From positions 1 through 63,849 of the forward strand of contig CADEEC010000001.1 of assembly GCA_902826255.1 (NCBI GenBank): a stretch of 63,849 bases of DNA, written 5' to 3'. A program made the position numbers and the translations under genes. Below the pieces are notes generated by a model. That model was not told the DNA's origin. It did not search any database and saw only the letters and a list, made by a program, of their open reading frames with translations. Source of the stretch: an uncultured Hyphomicrobiales bacterium. GTDB lineage: Bacteria; Pseudomonadota; Alphaproteobacteria; Rhizobiales; Hyphomicrobiaceae. Below, piece by piece: positions 20,645 to 30,480 of the stretch. Numbering within the stretch: the stretch's first letter is position 1; each line of letters opens with the position of its first letter.

Positions 20645-21985
20645 ATGACGATCAGGCTCGCGATCGTCGGGCGGCCCAACGTTGGCAAGTCCACTTTGTT
20701 CAATCGGCTCGCGGGCAAAAAGCTCGCGATCGTCGATGACACGCCTGGTGTCACGCGCGACCGGCGCGAGGCGAAGGGGCGGCTGGGCGATCTCGACTTC
20801 ACCCTGATCGACACGGCAGGTTTCGAGGACGCGACAGATGCGTCTCTTGAGGCGCGTATGCGAGAGCAAACCGAAATCGCCATCCGCGATGCGGATGTCA
20901 TCCTTCTTCTCATTGACGCGCGCGCCGGCGTGCTGCCGCTGGACGAATCTTTCGCGGCTTTGCTGCGACGTTCGGGCAAGCCGGTCGTGCTCGCCGCCAA
21001 CAAGGTTGAGGGCCGCGCCGGCGATGTCGGCATCACCGAGGCGTACGCACTTGGTCTCGGTGAACCGATCGCGCTCTCCGCCGAGCACGGCGAAGGCATG
21101 TCAGAACTTTACGCGGCGATCGTCGCGCACGAGCACGCCCCCGCAGACGACGACGCGGCAAAGCCTGCGCGGCCGATAAACATCGCCATCATCGGCCGGC
21201 CCAACGCCGGCAAGTCAACGCTGGTAAATGCGCTGATTGGCGAAGACCGGCTGCTTGTGGGCCCGGAAGCGGGCATCACGCGTGATTCAATCGCCATCGA
21301 CTGGGAATGGCGCGGCAAGAAATATCGCCTCGTCGACACAGCCGGCATGCGCAAGAAGGCCAAGGTGCAAGCGAAACTTGAGCGTATGTCAGTGGGCGAC
21401 ACGCTGCATGCACTGAAGTTCGCCGACGTTTGCGTGCTCGTCATGGACGCCAACGAGGCATTCGAGAAGCAAGACCTCTCGATCGGTGATCTTGTCGTAC
21501 GCGAGGGACGCGGGCTCGTCTTCTGTCTGGCCAAGTGGGACACAATCGAAGACACGCGCGCGCACTTCGAAGAACTGAAACTGGTCGCGCGTGAGAGTCT
21601 GCCGCAAGCGCGCGGTGCGCCGATCGTAACGGTGGCGGCGCAATCAGGCGTGGGGCTCGACCGGCTCATGAAGGCGGTTGAGGAAACGCACGAGGATTGG
21701 ACGGCGCGGGTCAAGACGAAGGATCTCAATGAGTGGCTCTACGCCACAATCGCGCGCCATCCGCCGCCAGCAGTGCGAGGCAGGCGCATCAAGCCGCGTT
21801 ATCTCACCCAAATCAAAGCGCGTCCGCCGACCTTCGTGCTCATCTCGTCGCGGGCCGAGGACATGCCCGAGAGCTACAAGCGCTATCTCGTCAACGGTCT
21901 GCGCGACGCGTTCGGCCTTCACGCCGCGCCGATCCGATTGATCGTTAAAGCCGGCAAGAATCCCTTCGCGGATGAAGCGGACTAA
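20645..21985 (+). CDS. der: ribosome-biogenesis GTPase Der (EngA)
   Basis: Two GTPase domains with P-loops GRPNVGKST and GRPNAGKST, DTAG motifs, C-terminal KH-like domain. Confidence 0.96.
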   Translation: MTIRLAIVGRPNVGKSTLFNRLAGKKLAIVDDTPGVTRDRREAKGRLGDLDFTLIDTAGFEDATDASLEARMREQTEIAIRDADVILLLIDARAGVLPLDESFAALLRRSGKPVVLAANKVEGRAGDVGITEAYALGLGEPIALSAEHGEGMSELYAAIVAHEHAPADDDAAKPARPINIAIIGRPNAGKSTLVNALIGEDRLLVGPEAGITRDSIAIDWEWRGKKYRLVDTAGMRKKAKVQAKLERMSVGDTLHALKFADVCVLVMDANEAFEKQDLSIGDLVVREGRGLVFCLAKWDTIEDTRAHFEELKLVARESLPQARGAPIVTVAAQSGVGLDRLMKAVEETHEDWTARVKTKDLNEWLYATIARHPPPAVRGRRIKPRYLTQIKARPPTFVLISSRAEDMPESYKRYLVNGLRDAFGLHAAPIRLIVKAGKNPFADEAD

Positions 21986-22692
21986 TTTCCACGCCAAGGC
22001 GGCGGACACTGATCGCCAGCAATCGCGCACAAGTCCCTTTGGAGCCGTTGTGAGATGTGTGGTGCGCCGGTCGCCGCCTCGCCGAATTCACGCATCAGCG
22101 GCGAGAGCTGCGCATCGCGCTGGTTCATCGCGATGCCGCCCGCGGTTTGGCCGAAACGTGCGAACTCTGCGGCCTCCGCCTCTGTCGGCTGCGTTGTGGT
22201 TGGTGTGCCGCCAGGCGCTTCGGCACGTACGCCGTCAAGCACGCTGCGTAGGAAGAAAGAGCGACCGCTAGGTGTGCGCATAAAGGCGGCGATATCGATG
22301 AGTTCCCGTTCGTTGAACAAGGCGGCCATGCGAGGCGCAAAGCGATCCAGCAGCTCAGGGGCGCCGTTCATCGTCTCGACCTGCGCGATCTGTGCGAAGC
22401 CGTTGATGTAGTCGGTCATGGCCTGCTGACGCTGAGCGTCCATCGCCGCATAAAGCGGGCTCGCTTGAATTTGCCCGCGGAATTGCGGCGTCAGCAGGCG
22501 GAACGCTTCGAGCGAGGCCTGCGAAAGCGCGTCAGAGTCGATCATCATTGCGCTCAGCGTGTCTCGCGCAGCGGCGACGTGGCTGGGCGCGTACGTCACA
22601 TTCGGCGATGGCGGTGTGGCGTTCGTTTGGGCGACGCTCGGCTGCGCCACGAAGGCGAAACAGACGGCAAGAAGTGAAAACAGAATGCGCAT
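21982..22692 (-). CDS. secreted hypothetical protein (236 aa)
   Basis: Trimmed to ATG 22692 (MRILFSLLAVCFAFVAQPSVAQ signal peptide). No family assigned with confidence. Confidence 0.6.
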   Translation of the reverse strand: MRILFSLLAVCFAFVAQPSVAQTNATPPSPNVTYAPSHVAAARDTLSAMMIDSDALSQASLEAFRLLTPQFRGQIQASPLYAAMDAQRQQAMTDYINGFAQIAQVETMNGAPELLDRFAPRMAALFNERELIDIAAFMRTPSGRSFFLRSVLDGVRAEAPGGTPTTTQPTEAEAAEFARFGQTAGGIAMNQRDAQLSPLMREFGEAATGAPHISQRLQRDLCAIAGDQCPPPWRGN

Positions 22693-22866
22693 GGTCACCC
22701 CCAACGCCGGCACGTTACGCAACGAGGCGGGCAAGCGCCAGTGCGAAGCTGAGATGTGCTCGCTGTCGCAAAAATCGCAAGAATGACCAAGCGCCGGATG
22801 GCGCTCATCGCAACGCCGTGGGCGCGCGCACAGGTGCGCGTTAGCACAGCGGGTGAGGGATTTATC

Positions 22867-23409
22867 ATGCGTATTCTATTCGCAATTCTGATCGGGGGCT
22901 TGGCCGCGGGCGCGCTCGATATCGGCTACGCGTTTGTTGTCTATGGCCCGCTGAGCTACGGCATCAGCCCCGAACAAGTGCTACAATCGGTGGCCGCCGG
23001 ATGGATCGGGCGCGAGGAGTCGCGCGCTGGCGGTATTGCCACGGCCGCTCTCGGCCTTGCGTCACACTTCCTGATCGCAACGCTGATGGCGGCCGTCTAT
23101 GTGCTCGCGTCACAGACCGCGAAGGCGCTGACGAAGAACGCAATCCTGTGGGGTCTCGTTTACGGGTTCATTCTCTATGTGGCGATGAACTACGTGGTCG
23201 TTCCGCTCTCAGCCGCGGGCGCCAACGGGCATTTTGCATCGAGCTTTGCCGAAGCAGCGGAGCGTCTGCAGAAATCGTTTAGCGAAGTTCGCGGCGGCGG
23301 CGGTGAGGATTATCCGTGGCTGCTGTGGGGGACGATTTTCACGCACACGGTTCTCGTCGGCCTTCCTATTGCGCTTGCGGCCAAGCGTTTCGCCCCTCAG
23401 AGCGATTGA
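22867..23409 (+). CDS. hypothetical polytopic membrane protein (180 aa)
   Basis: Trimmed to ATG 22867 (MRILFAILIGGLAAGALDIGYAFVVYG). Four to five hydrophobic helices. Confidence 0.6.
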   Translation: MRILFAILIGGLAAGALDIGYAFVVYGPLSYGISPEQVLQSVAAGWIGREESRAGGIATAALGLASHFLIATLMAAVYVLASQTAKALTKNAILWGLVYGFILYVAMNYVVVPLSAAGANGHFASSFAEAAERLQKSFSEVRGGGGEDYPWLLWGTIFTHTVLVGLPIALAAKRFAPQSD

Positions 23410-24587
23410 GCCGCCGCCCAAGCGCTCGACCAGGCCCATTGGAAATTGTAGCCACCGAGCCATCCGGTGACGTCCACTGCTTCGCCGATGAAGTAGAGAC
23501 CTGGAACGCCGCGACATTCCATTGTCTGCTGCGAGAGCGCGTCCGTAACGATGCCTCCGGCCATGACCTCCGCCTTGGCGTAGCCCTCAGTCCCGCTTGG
23601 TGTGAGGCACCATGACTTGAGGCGCCGAGCGCATTCGATCAGCGCAGTGTCCTTCATGTCGCCGATTGCGCCCTGCGGGAACTCACGCCCCAGAACCGCC
23701 GCGAGCCGCTCTGAAAGCAGATCGGCGAGGATCGTCGTAAGCTGCGCTTTGGGCCGCTCGCGCTTGCGTGCCGCAAGAATGTCGTCAGGCGCGTCTGGCA
23801 GCCAATTGATCGCGATATCGTCGTCCTGTTTCCAATAGGAGGAAGCTTGGAGGATGGCCGGGCCAGAGAGGCCGCGGTGTGTGAACAGCGCCGCCTCACG
23901 AAAGTTCGCCTTGCCACAGCGCGCGATCACGTCCGCGGAAACGCCGCTCAGCGGCCGCATCCATTCCAGGTCGCGCTCCGAGAACGTCAGCGGGACGAGC
24001 CCTGGGCGCGTCTCGATGGTCGGCACACGGAATTGGTTGGCGATGTCGAAGGCGAAGTTCGTCGCTCCCAGTTTGGGAATGGAAAGACCGCCGCTCGCGA
24101 TGACGAGTGCTGTGCTTTCGAACCTCCCTTGGCTGGTATCCACCGCGAAGTGATCGCCGCGGCGAACGCCCGTCACACGGCATTCCGTGTGGATGGCGAC
24201 ACCACCTGCGGCGCATTCGTCGAGCAGCATTTGCACGATCTTGCGCGAAGAACGCGCACCTTCGCAGAAGAGTTGGCCGAGCGTCTTCTCGTAGTAAGCA
24301 ATGCCGTGCTTCTGAACGAGCGCGATAAAATCGTGTTGCGTGTGCCGCGCCAGCGCCGAGCGTGCGAAATGCGGGTTCGCGGAGAGAAAGCGATCGGGTG
24401 CCGCGTGCACGTTGGTGAAGTTGCAGCGACCGCCGCCGGAGATCAGAATTTTCGCGCCGACCTCGGCGTTGTGCTCGAGGACGAGCACGCGTTTGCCACG
24501 CCGCCCCGCGTGAAGCGCGCAATAGAGCCCGGCTGCGCCGCCGCCAACGATAATCGCGTCGTAGCTCAGCGCTCGAACTGCACCCAT
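23397..24587 (-). CDS. HI0933/YhiN family NAD(P)/FAD-dependent flavoprotein
   Basis: YDAIIVGGGAAGLYCA, ISGGGRCNFTN, C-terminal YFIGEAVDVTGWLGGYNFQWAWSS are typical of the family. Confidence 0.87.
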   Translation of the reverse strand: MGAVRALSYDAIIVGGGAAGLYCALHAGRRGKRVLVLEHNAEVGAKILISGGGRCNFTNVHAAPDRFLSANPHFARSALARHTQHDFIALVQKHGIAYYEKTLGQLFCEGARSSRKIVQMLLDECAAGGVAIHTECRVTGVRRGDHFAVDTSQGRFESTALVIASGGLSIPKLGATNFAFDIANQFRVPTIETRPGLVPLTFSERDLEWMRPLSGVSADVIARCGKANFREAALFTHRGLSGPAILQASSYWKQDDDIAINWLPDAPDDILAARKRERPKAQLTTILADLLSERLAAVLGREFPQGAIGDMKDTALIECARRLKSWCLTPSGTEGYAKAEVMAGGIVTDALSQQTMECRGVPGLYFIGEAVDVTGWLGGYNFQWAWSSAWAAAQSL

Positions 24588-25279
24588 GCGCCGTTCTCCG
24601 CATAGCTTGGCTGCAGCATGCGCACGATGGCGGGCGCGACCTCGTCCGGCGTCGGCAGCGTCATCGGATCTTCACCGGGAAACGCCTTGGCGCGCATGGA
24701 AGTGCGCGTGGGGCCGGGGTTAAAGAGATTGGCGCGCATTGGCGTCACGTTGCCAATTTCGGCGGCCCAAGAAATCACCAGCGCGTCGAGCGCCGCTTTT
24801 GAAGCGGCGTAGGGCGCCCAGTAGGCTCGCGGGTTCTTCGATGCGCCAGAGGTGAGAAACACAGCGCGGCCAGCCTCGGATTCGCGCAGCAGCGGGTGCA
24901 GCGCGCGGATCAGCCGTTGATTGGCCAGGAAATTCACCAGCGTGGTTTCATCCATGATCGCGGGCGTGGCTTGGTGCGCTGGCGTCAGCGACCCTAGCGC
25001 GCCAGCGCAAGCGGCTAGGCCATCGAGCTTGCCGAAACGCTCAAATAATGGCGCGGCGAGCTGATCGATGGCCGAGCCATCGCGCAGATCGAGTGGAATA
25101 AGCGTCGCTTCGCCGCCGAGCGCGCGAATATCGTCGTCGAGTTTCTCAAGCGCTTTCTGCGCACGCGCTACCGCGATCACGCGCCAGTTTTGCCGCGCCA
25201 GCTCAAGTGCTACGGCGCGGCCAATGCCGCGCGACGCGCCGGTGACGAGCGCGAGGCGTTTCGCTTGTGCGCCGCTCAT
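24566..25279 (-). CDS. SDR family oxidoreductase
   Basis: VTGASRGIG motif and YAASKAAL catalytic YxxxK. 237 aa. Confidence 0.87.
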   Translation of the reverse strand: MSGAQAKRLALVTGASRGIGRAVALELARQNWRVIAVARAQKALEKLDDDIRALGGEATLIPLDLRDGSAIDQLAAPLFERFGKLDGLAACAGALGSLTPAHQATPAIMDETTLVNFLANQRLIRALHPLLRESEAGRAVFLTSGASKNPRAYWAPYAASKAALDALVISWAAEIGNVTPMRANLFNPGPTRTSMRAKAFPGEDPMTLPTPDEVAPAIVRMLQPSYAENGAWVQFER

Positions 25280-26796
25280 TCCGCGGCGTTGTCTAGCGGC
25301 AGCTGCGGATCACGGCCGGTGCGACCTGAGTGATAGTCGAGCAGCGGCGTCGGGTAGTCGCCGGTAAAGGCGTGGTCTGTGAATTGCGGGTTGGCGGCGT
25401 CGCGCTTCTTCTCGCCCATCGCCCAATAGAGGCCGTCGACCGAGAGGAAGCCTAGCGTATCGACGCCGAGCGACTTGCGCATTTCATCGACGGTCATCTG
25501 CGCCGCCATCAATTCAGCCAGCGCGGGCATATCGATGCCATAGAAATCCGGATGCTTGATCGGCGGCGAGGCGCTGCGGAAGTGGACTTCCTTAGCGCCG
25601 GCGTCGCGCACCATCTGCACGATCTTGCGCGAGGTTGTGCCGCGCACGATCGAGTCATCGACCAGCACCACGCGCTTGCCCTTGATCACGTCGCGGTTGG
25701 CGGAGTGTTTCAGGCGCACACCCATGTCGCGGATCGCCTGCTTCGGCTGAATGAAGGTGCGGCCGACATAGTGGTTGCGGATGATGCCGAGCTCGTACGG
25801 AATTCCGCTTTTCGCGGCGAAGCCCATGGCGGCAGGCACGCCGGAGTCCGGCACCGGCACGATGACATCGGCTTCGACGCCGGTTTCCTCGGCGAGCTTG
25901 CGGCCCATGCGCTTACGAATGTCGTAGACGCTGCGGCCATCGATCACCGAGTCCGGGCGCGAGAAGTAGACGAACTCAAAAATGCACGGACGTGCTTTGC
26001 GACGCGGGAACGGGAAGTGGCTGTCGACTGCGACCGTGCCATCCTTGCCGCGGGTTATGACAACCACTTCGCCGGGCTCGACTGAACGCACGAATTTGGC
26101 GCCGATCATGTCGAGCGCGCAGGTTTCGGAAGCGAGGATCATCGCGCCGGCGCTTTCGCCCAACACAAGCGGGCGAATGCCGATCGGATCGCGCGCGCCG
26201 ATCATCATGTTCTCGGTGAGCGCCACCAATGCGTAGGCGCCTTGGATATCGTGCAACGCTTCAACGAAGCGTTCAACAACGCGCGGCTTTTGCGACTTGG
26301 CGATGAGCTGCAGGATGCACTCGGTGTCGGACGTCGATTGGAAGATCGATCCGTTCTGAACGAGCCGATGGCGCAGATCCACGGCGTTGGTCAGGTTGCC
26401 GTTGTGCGCGACGGCGAAGCCGCCGAGCGCCAGGTCGGCAAAGAGCGGCTGCACGTTGCGCAGGATGGTGCCGCCGGCGGTCGCGTAGCGTGTGTGGCCA
26501 ACGGCCATCGCGCCGGGCAGGCGCTGTGGAACGTCTCCGCCAGCGAAGTGCTCGCCAACGAGGCCAAGGAAGCGCTCGTGATAGAAGCGCTCGCCATTGT
26601 AGCTGACGATGCCGCAGCCTTCTTGGCCGCGGTGTTGCAGGCCGTGCAGTCCGAGCGCGGTCAGGACCGACGCGTCTTCCGAGCCAAACACGCCGAAGAC
26701 GCCGCACTCTTCACGTGGCTTGTCATCAAGTTCCCATTTATCGGCCGGGTCTCCGGGCGCCGTCTGGAAGTGGAGGGAGGGGCGCTCGGCGGTCAT
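25276..26796 (-). CDS. purF: amidophosphoribosyltransferase
   Basis: Track ORF trimmed to ATG 26796. Propeptide then ECGVFGVFG (Ntn Cys), GLHGLQHRGQEG, PRTase motif VVLVDDSIVRGTT. Confidence 0.95.
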   Translation of the reverse strand: MTAERPSLHFQTAPGDPADKWELDDKPREECGVFGVFGSEDASVLTALGLHGLQHRGQEGCGIVSYNGERFYHERFLGLVGEHFAGGDVPQRLPGAMAVGHTRYATAGGTILRNVQPLFADLALGGFAVAHNGNLTNAVDLRHRLVQNGSIFQSTSDTECILQLIAKSQKPRVVERFVEALHDIQGAYALVALTENMMIGARDPIGIRPLVLGESAGAMILASETCALDMIGAKFVRSVEPGEVVVITRGKDGTVAVDSHFPFPRRKARPCIFEFVYFSRPDSVIDGRSVYDIRKRMGRKLAEETGVEADVIVPVPDSGVPAAMGFAAKSGIPYELGIIRNHYVGRTFIQPKQAIRDMGVRLKHSANRDVIKGKRVVLVDDSIVRGTTSRKIVQMVRDAGAKEVHFRSASPPIKHPDFYGIDMPALAELMAAQMTVDEMRKSLGVDTLGFLSVDGLYWAMGEKKRDAANPQFTDHAFTGDYPTPLLDYHSGRTGRDPQLPLDNAAE

Positions 26797-26803
26797 TCGG
26801 TCC

Positions 26804-27412
26804 TCAGGTGGGCGGGGCCTGGGGGGCCTGGGTTTCGGTCTCAGCCGGCGGGATAGGCGCCGACTCGCTTTCGCGTCGATCAATTATATCACGGGCCCGC
26901 TCGCCTGCCCGGGGGAGGATCACGGCGAGCGCACCAGCAACGCTGTCATATATAGGGTACGTTCGCGCGCCGCGAATGTCGTCCTGCACCGGGTTAGAGG
27001 GTGTCCCATTGTCGCTGGTGGGGGTGTTTCGGATCACCAGCACAAGCAGCGAGACAACCAGAACGCCGCGCAGAACTCCAAAGGCGAGCCCAGCGGCTCG
27101 GTCAAATGACCCAATTTCCGTCGATTGGTGGGCCTGCTTCGCAACCGACGAGACAATCACCGTAATGACGACGAAGACGATCAGAAAGACCAGCAAACCC
27201 GCAGCGACCGCGGCGAGCCAGCCCGAAAGAGGCGTCACGCTCTCCACAAAGGGCGCAAGCAATCCCGCGCAGTAGTAACCGGCGATGGCAGCGCCGATGA
27301 ACGCTATGACCGAGAACATCTCGCGGATGAGGCCGCGGGCGAAAGCCATGACGCCCGAAAGGCCCAGGACGACGAGCGCGGCGAAGTCGAACCAGGTGAA
27401 GCCGAGATCCAT
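26804..27412 (-). CDS. cvpA: colicin V production protein CvpA family membrane protein
   Basis: N-terminus FTWFDFAALVVLGLSGVMAFARGLIREMFSV. Polytopic. Conserved position upstream of purF. Confidence 0.85.
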   Translation of the reverse strand: MDLGFTWFDFAALVVLGLSGVMAFARGLIREMFSVIAFIGAAIAGYYCAGLLAPFVESVTPLSGWLAAVAAGLLVFLIVFVVITVIVSSVAKQAHQSTEIGSFDRAAGLAFGVLRGVLVVSLLVLVIRNTPTSDNGTPSNPVQDDIRGARTYPIYDSVAGALAVILPRAGERARDIIDRRESESAPIPPAETETQAPQAPPT

Positions 27413-27580
27413 TCGCCACTCCCACTCCCGCCCGTTTCTGGGCGCGTCCCGCAGGACTGAATTAGACGCCCCGCCCGGGATTGGGAAGGCGCCAACGACC
27501 GCCGTGCGGCAGTCGCAGCCCTAGGACAACTGGTCGAACCAGGAGCGTTTCGAGGACGGAATAGGCACAAAGCTGGGGAC

Positions 27581-28546
27581 ATGCTGCTGCCCCTGCTGTT
27601 GGCGACCGAACTGGCCGCCCAAACGCCCGTCGTCCCGCCCATACGCGAGCTTGCGCCGGGCGTGCAGCTCCAGCCTGGTGGGTTCGAGGGCGAGCGTGGC
27701 CCGGACGGCAACACCATCATCTTCGATGCGCCGGATGGCTTGGTCGTCGTCGATACGGGGCGCCATTCTTGGCATAGTGACGCGATCCTGGCGTATGCGC
27801 GCGAGCGTGGGCGGCCGATCGCCGCGATCGTCAATACGCATTGGCATCTCGATCATTCGAGCGGCAACGGGCGGCTGAAGGCCGTCTATCCGAATGCACG
27901 CGTCTACACGACGAGCGCCGTCGATCGAGTCATCGCGCCGGGCGGCTTTCTCGTGCGCAACATGGATAGCGCGCGGCAGATGCTCGTTGGCACGGAGATC
28001 ACGCCGGTTCAGCGCGAGGAAGTGCAGATATTCCTCGACACGATGGTCGACAGCCAAGTGCTGCGGCCTGACGTGGTGATCGAGCACTCGCAGCGTATGC
28101 GACTTGGTGGCCGGCGTTTTGATGTTCACGTCACCAACGGCGCCGTGACGGATGCCGATGTATGGCTCTACGATCGTCGCACGCGCATCGCTGTAATCGG
28201 CGATCTGGTGACGTTCCCTGCGCCGTTCTTCGAGACAGCGTGCCCGCAGCGCTGGCGCGAAGCGTTGGATGAGGTTTGGTCGACACCGTTCCAGATCGCC
28301 ATCGCCGGTCACGGCGAGCCGATGACGCGAGATCAGTTCAACGTGTGGCGAACCGCATACGGCGTGTTTGTTGACTGCGTCAGCAGCGAACGCGAACCCG
28401 CCATATGCGGCTCCGGCTGGGCGCAAGCGACCGCGCAATTCAATGGTGACGAAGCTGGGCAACGGCGCGCGGCGGGCTTTGCGGGTTACTACGTCACCAT
28501 GCTGCGCAATAACGGCGGCAAGAGCGCCGACTGTTTGACGAACTAG
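27581..28546 (+). CDS. MBL-fold metallo-hydrolase
   Basis: HWHLDHSSGN (HxHxDH) metal motif, later GHGEP. 321 aa. Confidence 0.8.
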   Translation: MLLPLLLATELAAQTPVVPPIRELAPGVQLQPGGFEGERGPDGNTIIFDAPDGLVVVDTGRHSWHSDAILAYARERGRPIAAIVNTHWHLDHSSGNGRLKAVYPNARVYTTSAVDRVIAPGGFLVRNMDSARQMLVGTEITPVQREEVQIFLDTMVDSQVLRPDVVIEHSQRMRLGGRRFDVHVTNGAVTDADVWLYDRRTRIAVIGDLVTFPAPFFETACPQRWREALDEVWSTPFQIAIAGHGEPMTRDQFNVWRTAYGVFVDCVSSEREPAICGSGWAQATAQFNGDEAGQRRAAGFAGYYVTMLRNNGGKSADCLTN

Positions 28547-28830
28547 TTGTCAGCCTCAACGCCAATTGCCGCCGCCAGATCCGCGATATGGCTGATCTGT
28601 TTCACCTTCACGCCCGCTGAACTGCCGTTCTTCTTTTGCGGCGGGGCGAATGCGCTGGAGAAGCCAAGCTTCGCGGCTTCCTTGAGCCGCAGGTCGCTTC
28701 GTCCAGCTGGCCGCACCTCGCCGGACAGCGCAACCTCGCCAAACACCACGCAGTGCTTCGGCAGCGCTCGATCCGCCAATGCCGAGATCAGCGCAGCAGC
28801 AACGGCGAGGTGGTCGCTCTCGTGCCGCAG
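28543..28830 (-). pseudogene. radA: 3'-terminal fragment (about 95 codons) of DNA repair protein RadA/Sms
   Basis: Translation ..DHLAVAAALISALADRALPKHCVVFGEVALSGEVRPAGRSDLRLKEAAKLGF.. aligns by eye with the Lon-like C-terminus of RadA. The frame is closed by a stop at 28840-28842, and the roughly 360 N-terminal codons are absent. Confidence 0.82.
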
Positions 28831-28839
28831 TAGGCCGGG

Positions 28840-29754
28840 TCATCGGGCCGCCGGCTTGGGCGGCCCGAAGCGCTGCGCCGGCCGCTCGGCACGGTCGTAC
28901 AGGCCCTGCACCTTCGGGATGTTGACCTCGATGTCGCGGATGCGCGTCGGGCCGGTCGGGTGCGTGCTCAGGAACTGCGGCGGCGCGCCCTTGGAGGCCT
29001 CGGCCATCTTCTGCCACAGCGTCACGCCGGCGCGCGGGTCGTAGCCGGCGCGCGCGGCGAGCTCGATGCCGATCAGGTCGGCCTCGGACTCGTCCTCGCG
29101 GCTGAACTTCAAGGTCAGCAGCTGGCCGCCCATGTTGAGCAGGGTGTCGCCGGCGCTGCCCAGGCCGAGCAGCGCCGACAGCGCGCCCGCACCGATGCGC
29201 GTGGCCGCCGTCTTGCCCATGCGCTCGCGCGCATGCTCGCGCAGCGCATGCGCCGCCTCGTGGCCCATGATCATGGCCACCTCGTCGTCATTGAGCTGGA
29301 GCTTGCTCAGGATGCCGTAATAGAAGGCGATCTTGCCGCCGGGCATGCAGAAGGCGTTCAGCTCGCTGCTGCCGATCAGGCTGACCTCCCACTTCCAGCC
29401 CTGCGCGCGTGGGTTCCATTCGTAGGTGTGCGGGATGATGCGCTTGGCAACGGCGCGCAGGCGGATCAGCTGCGGGTGGTCGTCGGGCGCCAGGCCTTTC
29501 TGCTGCGCAGCCTGCTGGCGCATCTGCTGGTACTGCGAAGCGGCCGCCTTCTCGACCTGGTCGGCCGACACCAGCTTGCTCATGGCCGACGGCTTGCCCA
29601 CTTCCACGCCTTCGCGAGACAGTGTGGGCAGCGCAGCGCCGGCGAGCAGGCCGCCGGTGAACAGCCGGCGCGAATGCAGCCGGCAGCGGCAGCCTCGCTC
29701 GTGCTGCATCGCGGGCAGCGGAACCTGGGCGTCGGTGCGGAAATCGTGGTTCAT
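28840..29754 (-). CDS. M48 family metallopeptidase
   Basis: HEAAHALREH (HExxH) zinc motif, downstream EDESEADLIG, N-terminal export-like region (SRRLFTGGLLAGAAL). 304 aa. Confidence 0.85.
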   Translation of the reverse strand: MNHDFRTDAQVPLPAMQHERGCRCRLHSRRLFTGGLLAGAALPTLSREGVEVGKPSAMSKLVSADQVEKAAASQYQQMRQQAAQQKGLAPDDHPQLIRLRAVAKRIIPHTYEWNPRAQGWKWEVSLIGSSELNAFCMPGGKIAFYYGILSKLQLNDDEVAMIMGHEAAHALREHARERMGKTAATRIGAGALSALLGLGSAGDTLLNMGGQLLTLKFSREDESEADLIGIELAARAGYDPRAGVTLWQKMAEASKGAPPQFLSTHPTGPTRIRDIEVNIPKVQGLYDRAERPAQRFGPPKPAAR

Positions 29755-29777
29755 GGCGGGCGAATTCTAGGCAGCGC

Positions 29778-30480
29778 TCAATCCTCGGCGGCGGGTGCGG
29801 TGATCGGGTCGGCTTCAAGCGCGCGCACCTGCGCGCGCAGCCACCACAGCATCCACAACGCCGGCAGCGCCACCACGGTCGACACCAGGAAGAAGGTCGG
29901 CCAGCCTATCGTCTCTGCCAGCACACCTGCCAGCGGCCCGACCCAGACGCGGCCGATCGACGCGAAGGCGCTGAGCAGCGCGAACTGCGTGGCGGTGAAG
30001 CGCTGGTTGCACAGGCTCATCAGGAAGGCGACGAAGGCGGCCGTGCCCATGCCGCCCGACAGGTTCTCGAATGCGATCACCATCAGCAGCCCGCCGTCCA
30101 CCGGCGTGGCGCTGGCGAGCTTGACGAAGCCCCAGTCGAAGGCGGGGATCACCAGGCCGGGCATCAGGCCCTTGCCGCTGACGGCCAGCCACCAGAAGCC
30201 CAGGTTGCTGGCCATCTGCAGCACTCCGAACAGGAACAGCGAGCGCCACAGCCCGAGCTTGAGCATCAGCGCGCCGCCGAGCAGCGCGCCGCCGATGGTC
30301 AGCCACAGGCCGATCACCTTGTTGACCACGCCCACCTCGGCCGGCGCGAAAGCCATGCTCTTGAGCAGGAAGGGCGTCATCAGCGAGCCGGCGAAGGCGT
30401 CGCCCAGCTTGTAGAGCACGATGAAGATCAGGAAGGCGGCCGCGCCGGGCTGCGCGAAGTAGTTCGCGAGGCCCGACAGC
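29778..30480 (-). pseudogene. ampG: C-terminal half of muropeptide permease AmpG (N-terminal half missing)
   Basis: From ..LANYFAQPGAAAFLIFIVLYKLGDAFAGSLMTPFLL.. to the end, matches AmpG from about its residue 230 onward (FENLSGGMGTAAFVAFLMSLCN, TQFALLSA). The upstream 120 codons of track ORF 29778..30842 are not AmpG-like. Confidence 0.8.

Noticed and set aside
28960-30414. 484-aa plus-strand ORF across block B
   Set aside because: It is antisense to the M48 peptidase and ampG fragment, both of which have clear family signatures.
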